A DNA stretch of 64,000 nt from Zancudomyces culisetae HAW-14-8. Taxonomy: Eukaryota > Fungi > Kickxellomycota. The stretch covers positions 2,852,001 through 2,916,000 of the forward strand of contig JBNJNM010000021.1 in the NCBI GenBank assembly GCA_052426225.1, given 5' to 3'. Below, one piece after another: positions 60,101 through 64,000 of this stretch. Within the stretch, counting starts at the first letter, position 1. Each line of letters begins with the position of its first letter. Below the pieces are notes generated by a model. The model worked only from the letters and a program-made list of their open reading frames with translations, searched no databases and had not been told where the DNA came from. Both the position numbers and the translations under genes were made by a program.

Positions 60101-60289
60101 ACTAAAACAGTTTCTGCAGTTTTAACTAGGCCAAAGTTCTTTATTCCAAGTACTAGACCTGTATCTAGCGCCTCTAGAATTGGAGTTCCTGTCCTCAGAG
60201 GTGTAATTTCTCTGTTAGCAGCAATATATGGTAGAGTTAATAGCATGCTTTCCTTAACATGGTTAGGATCGAGAATACACCTACAGTAG
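57185..60289 (+). CDS. Secreted, extremely basic Thr/Arg/Lys-rich tandem-repeat protein
   Basis: 1034-aa intronless ORF with signal MKALISVLFFIVFYSVTGS and TATATAAA at 57046. Contains 8 complete near-identical repeats plus 1 partial copy. Confidence 0.8.
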   Translation: MKALISVLFFIVFYSVTGSQHDNSGKSQNHVRSVENPVYLSIEKNGYYGKQNKDSYIKNDGSYNIVNYGLENARIDPGNTANTLDQTRQQIEQSDANPEFPKLAAQRKPLSSIKFHPVKNTKISPVASPKKYVTTASRKTTNTTSRKTTVTTISRKKTTATSRKPTTTALRKTTITTTSRKTTTATTTKRKQTPTPTPKVMPSYRPRPSITTKAATSVPTVQRAAANINRVLFSSNSSTYSRLRPTPKVMPSYRPRQSIKTKATKSVPTVQRAAAKLSRALFLSKSSTTTKATTSLPIVQRAIARLSNVPSSSRSSILSGTKISLRIKNTYSATKAKSLKKTSSSIIKIKSSRITTKSKLHTKTSFSVTKTSSHKVSKMKTRTSPHKTRKIKTRFHTKTKTKFRSHTKTKIKTRSHTKTRTKTKVRPKHQAKTRTPKLIQKTTPTTPISVARMVKNLPLLSTTAKTLVSKSRTRSHKRARIRSRYHAKTKTPKRIQKTTPTTPISVARMARNLPLLSTTARTSVSKTRTRSHKRARIRSRYHAKTRTPKRIQKTTSTTIPTTTPTKTPTATPTTPISVARMARNLPLLSTTARTSVSKTRTRSHKRARIRSRYHAKTRTPKRIQKTTSTTIPTTTPTKTPTATPTTPISVARMARNLPLLSTTARTSVSKTRTRSHKRARIRSRYHAKTRTPKRIQTATPTKTPTTTPTTPISVARMARNLPLLSTTARTSVSKTRTRSHKRARIRSRYHAKTRTPKRIQTATPTKTPTTTPTTPISVARMARNLPLLSTTARTSASKSRTRSHKRARIRSRYHAKTKTPKRIQAATPTTPISVARMARNLPLLSTTARTSVSKTRTRSHKRARIRSRYHAKTRTPKRIQKTTSTTIPTTTPTKTPTATPTTPISVARMARNLPLLSTTARTSVSKTRTRSHKRARIRSRYHAKTRTPKRIQTATPTTPISVARMVRELPVSTKTVSAVLTRPKFFIPSTRPVSSASRIGVPVLRGVISLLAAIYGRVNSMLSLTWLGSRIHLQ
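57776..58095 (+). repeat. Older internal duplication (PKVMPSYRPR.SI.TKA..SVPTVQRAAA x2, plus a partial third copy)
   Basis: ccaaaagtaatgccatcataccgcccaagac occurs at ~57776 and ~57923. A third TTKATTSLPIVQRA segment follows. Confidence 0.75.
58511..60080 (+). repeat. Coding minisatellite with unit lengths 168, 216, 216, 192, 192, 168, 216, 168 bp
   Basis: The anchor ccaatatcggt(a/g)gctag occurs at 58523, 58691, 58907, 59123, 59315, 59507, 59675, 59891 and 60059. Confidence 0.93.
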
Positions 60290-61004
60290 TTTTAATCAGT
60301 ATAGAAATGCCATTTTTGTTCTATGACAAAAGTTACATATACTTTTTTTTATTTCAAAGATTTAGTTCTGTTAAAATAATTAATAAAATCTAATTTTTAA
60401 TCTCTTTGGAGAATTAATAAAAATTTTAACCCTTGGATACCTTAGAACCAGTATGTAGGTTTTGTATATTAGTAGTAATGTTGGTAGAGAAATGTAATTT
60501 TTTCAGTAGTTAAAAATAATTTTAATTGAAAAAATAAGCTATAAATATTTACCAGACATCCAGATAAAAATAAAGTTAATTTAACTCCGGCCCTACCTAA
60601 ACCAAGCAATGGTAAGGGGGAGAGGAATCTGGGGAAATTTATCTATTTATGTTTAAATTCAGTAAACTATACTATTTTTATTTTTATTAACCAGTAATAG
60701 TGAAAGCTGTAATTAATTATAACTTTGTATATATAGTTACTAAATCTAAACTCTTTTAACTGATGTATGATATTTCTTAGCATTTAATAACATATAAAAA
60801 ATTATAGTAAACTTTCAAAATTCTTTATGATAGTAAAGAGCAGAATAAACACAATTGTATTTGTATACTATTATTACCCACTTTATAATAATAAAGTCAA
60901 ACTAGTACGGTAATATGACTTTTAACCCAGTTAATTAAAATTTTAATTTATGCAATTTATTTTTTTATTTAACAACTGTGAGAATGCTCTGTCTAACTAA
61001 TGAT

Positions 61005-61458
61005 TTAAAAATATGGTGAAATCCAAGCGTAGGATGATGCATAAGCTCCACCAACTTGGTGAGCTTAAAGTTAGCCAAATGTTCCGTACTTACAAGCGCG
61101 ACAAAGCATTTACCTGTACAATTAGGCTTACTGCAAAATATAATGGCGCCCTTGTCGTTATAGGCATTGGTAATAAAAACAGATGCAAATCTTGGTGCCG
61201 ATAACACTTATTTGGTCTGGCAAAATTGGTACTTATAAATCTGATAAAACTATGAACTACAAATAGTTGAAAACCCATTTTTTAATTCTTTCTGCGATTG
61301 GGTCTGCCTAATTGTCCATCTCATTGAAGTTTAACCAATAACTATGTTTTTTTTAGCTAATGTCTGTATATCTTGATTATATGCGTTTAGTGGATTGTAC
61401 TCATTTTGTGCAAGGGCTGAGCTAAGTACCAAGGTATGAAGAATACAGATTTAATAAT
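61005..61458 (-). pseudogene. Frameshifted remnant of a small secreted Cys-containing protein gene
   Basis: Switching frames yields (I)IKSVFF/LVLSSALAQNEYNPLNAY... ARPNKCY/SAPRFASVFIT..KGAIIFCSKPNCTGKCF.../VGGAYASSYAWISPYF*. ATT sits where the ATG is expected. A minus-strand TATATAAA lies at ~61554-61561. Confidence 0.5.
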
Positions 61459-62017
61459 TTTTGGTTTTCTTTTCCTACTTTCCATTCTAGGTTTGTTTAT
61501 CGAATTTAAACAGGCATTCATATTAAAACAATAATTTCAATAAAAAACTATACTTTATATACTTTCATACAGTGGTAAGTGTTAAAAAAATGTTGCCATA
61601 AAATTATCTTAATCCTATAGGGTTATCACAATAATTTAGGTAGTATAATTATTCTACATGTCAAAGCAAAGTCAGAAGCTAAACTGAAAAACCTATTCTA
61701 CAAGGTGCCAAAAATGTTAATATTATAAATAAACTGTTCTTTTTACTTATTCGACATAAAAGAGAACATCGTAGTAGTATTGAAGATATTAATTGATCTT
61801 AATTCTAGTCAAACTAATCAATATTTAATGTTTATCTAAAAAACTGGTTGACCTTCACTTTGAAATAAAAAAAAAACAAGCTATGTTTGTCTTTCCTTAC
61901 TGTTTTAGAACAGCATTATTAAATTAATATATTTATTCATACTCAGTTTTTTCCATTTTTCAGGTGAATATCTTCATAGCCATTAAACTTTATAAAGTCT
62001 TACAAATTCTATGATAC

Positions 62018-62237
62018 TGTCGGACGTGACCGGATGGAACACGTTCGTTCGTCGGGTTTCTCATGGTTACAAACTCTTGATTGATTATATCTTCCAAATC
62101 ATGAAACGGGTCACGTGAGGAGGTCGGTTAAATCTCCATTGAAGACACTCCTGATCGGTCGCTATCTGATGAATAGCGACCATCGTCTCGGAACTGCTGG
62201 ATGATGGCTGTCCTGAGTTGTTCATGAGACCTGACAT
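62018..62237. other. GC-rich island with several nested hairpins (candidate structured RNA on + strand, or short frameshifted ORF on - strand)
   Basis: About 50% GC within very AT-rich DNA. Stems are listed in the findings. Confidence 0.4.
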
Positions 62238-62760
62238 TTAGATTTTAATAATTTTAATTTAATACTTTAAAAATATCTTTAGCCTTAGCACTATTATTTA
62301 TTCAATATAATCTGTTTAAAACAAAGTCCTTTTGTTTAAATTTTCTTTATTTCCTATTCTTGTTGTATACTTTAAAACTACTAAAAGAGCTGAAGAGACT
62401 TCTAATGAGATCTCTTTGGCTTTTATATATGTTAAACGCTATGTTTAAAACTATTTAATTCTTATCCTATTAATATTTATTATTCCGTTATCGCCTCATA
62501 ATAGGCTTTGTTGTCGTTCTCATATTTTGACTAATTTCCATAGTGGATTTAATACTCTTTAATTTAATTAAATATACTAATAATAATAAATTCATTTTAT
62601 GTCCTTAATTCATTTTGTAGTTTTTCTCTTGGATTTTGATCTGAATATTTCTGACATTTTGTGATCGGAATATACTTCATAGATTTGATAGATAATATAT
62701 AAATAAAATGAACTCCATTATCTGACATTTTTAACATTTCATTTGAATTTTTATAGATTC

Positions 62761-63880
62761 CCAAGCAATTGGACTAATTATCTCTTATACCCAGAACACA
62801 CGACAATAGGGAAATAACTATACATGTATAAAAACATAACCTTTTAGATAGAAAACCGAATGAATAAGTGAAGAGGACTTCAACTGCAAATATAAAGGCG
62901 ACGAGAACGATAAAAATAATATAAGGCCTAGTAAAAAATTAAAGAGAAAGAATAACTAATGAGTTTATATTATAAATTTATTTTAGATTTATAATAGAAC
63001 GTATACTCCTTTATCAAGGAAGCAGTTAAACTAAAACAATATTCTGATACCAATAAGTGGAAGCTAGATAAATTAGTTATAATGATATAATTAGTAAATT
63101 CGATAGAGACGATATACAAATAAATCTAAACTGTAATTAAAACAATAAGTACAGCCTTCTTTACGGAATAATAAAATATATGTATATTTAACTACTGTTA
63201 ATTATAAATAAGTTGATAACACATTTAATGAAGTTAAATTTAGACTTAAAAGTAATAATCTGCTTGATATCTAATCAATGGTGTGAGATTAATACAGATG
63301 AAGAGGAATACAAACTAATCACCATAATTTCAAAAAATATATATCATAATTAAATATCTATAATTAATCTAGTAATTTAATTCTGTTCAAAAATAGAATT
63401 TGAAATAATAATAATAAAAAACACTTTAACAACATTATATAAATATTAAAATTTTATAAAATAACTAAAAAAAGTAAAAAAGTAGATGTTATTAAAGATC
63501 TCAACATTTTAAGCTTATCTGATTATATGTTTGGTATAACTCTGAAAATGAAAATATACTAAAGTCTCAAATCAGAAAGCTAGTTCAGATTGTCGTTAAT
63601 GAATGTGTAACTAATATACTAATGAAATAATAATAAAATACAAAAAGTAAACTAAAAAATAAACAAGTACAGATGATATTCATAATTAAAAAAAACTATA
63701 TAAAAGAATAATCTGATAATAAAGAAAATGTAATTCTTTTTATTAGCCACTATCGTATTTTCCAAACGATTAGATGTTGAACGACTTATAAATGTAAATA
63801 TATTTGATATAGATTGTCCTAAAGAGGTTATAGATTAAAATCAAATAAATTAGCAAGATATAGTTATGTTAAAATTAATA
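62761..63880 (+). mobile_element. Possible heavily decayed non-LTR retrotransposon (APE endonuclease region) relic
   Basis: A-rich, stop-riddled, coding-like sequence with fragments GLIISY, EDFNCK (GDFN-like) and KWKLDKL. Weak evidence. Confidence 0.25.
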
Positions 63881-63904
63881 ATTAAATCATAAAATAACAA
63901 AAAG

Positions 63905-63978
63905 TGATTTCTGCCGGACTCGAACCGGCGACCGTCTGTGTGTTAGACAGACGTGATAACCATCTACACCAAGAAATC
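63905..63978 (-). tRNA. tRNA-Val (anticodon AAC)
   Basis: GATTTCT/AGAAATC acceptor stem, D-arm GTGTAGATGGTTATCAC, TCTGT-CTAACAC-ACAGA anticodon arm and GCCGG-TTCGAGT-CCGGC T-arm. Followed by a T5 Pol III terminator. No intron. Confidence 0.95.
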
Positions 63979-64000
63979 ACTGTTGTGTCGTGAATTTTAA

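Noticed and set aside
61013-61204. 63-aa + strand ORF
   Set aside because: Better explained as the antisense of the minus-strand pseudogene.
62110-62181. CDEI-like GTCACGTGA (point centromere), hammerhead core CTGATGA, or a SECIS element
   Set aside because: No CDEII/CDEIII arrangement. CTGATGA sits in a hairpin loop with no stem II-GAAA. There is no apical AA and no upstream selenoprotein ORF.

Overview
AT-rich, intron-containing eukaryotic (fungal) genomic DNA. The spliceosomal introns are short (about 70-200 nt), with GTAAGT-type donors, CTAAC-type branch points and mostly TAG acceptors. Gene content and the lineage-specific secreted proteins suggest an early-diverging fungus, possibly Harpellales/Kickxellomycotina (inference only). 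Housekeeping genes, left to right: TFIIS (partial), twinfilin, Vps34, Mrh4-type DEAD-box helicase, Mrp10/mS37, Nup133, Dsc2/UBAC2, Spo73-like dysferlin-domain protein, an MFS anion transporter, two TMEM198/DUF4203 paralogues, KDM5, Mrs2, Qri7, a GST, an ABCC/Ycf1 transporter and tRNA-Val(AAC). Two multi-exon genes mostly invisible in the ORF track were reconstructed: a catalytically altered SGNH-fold protein and a conserved uncharacterised protein. Main oddities: (i) convergent MRP10 and NUP133 coding sequences overlap by 53 bp; (ii) MRS2 has a GC-AG intron; (iii) a 1034-aa secreted polycationic protein is built from KR-punctuated repeats whose lengths differ in 24-bp steps; (iv) KDM5 lacks PHD1; (v) a GST lies next to an ABCC pump; (vi) the AT-rich right end holds a frameshifted secreted-protein pseudogene, a ~220-nt GC-rich structured island and a possible LINE relic. 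No CRISPR, rRNA or intact transposon was found.
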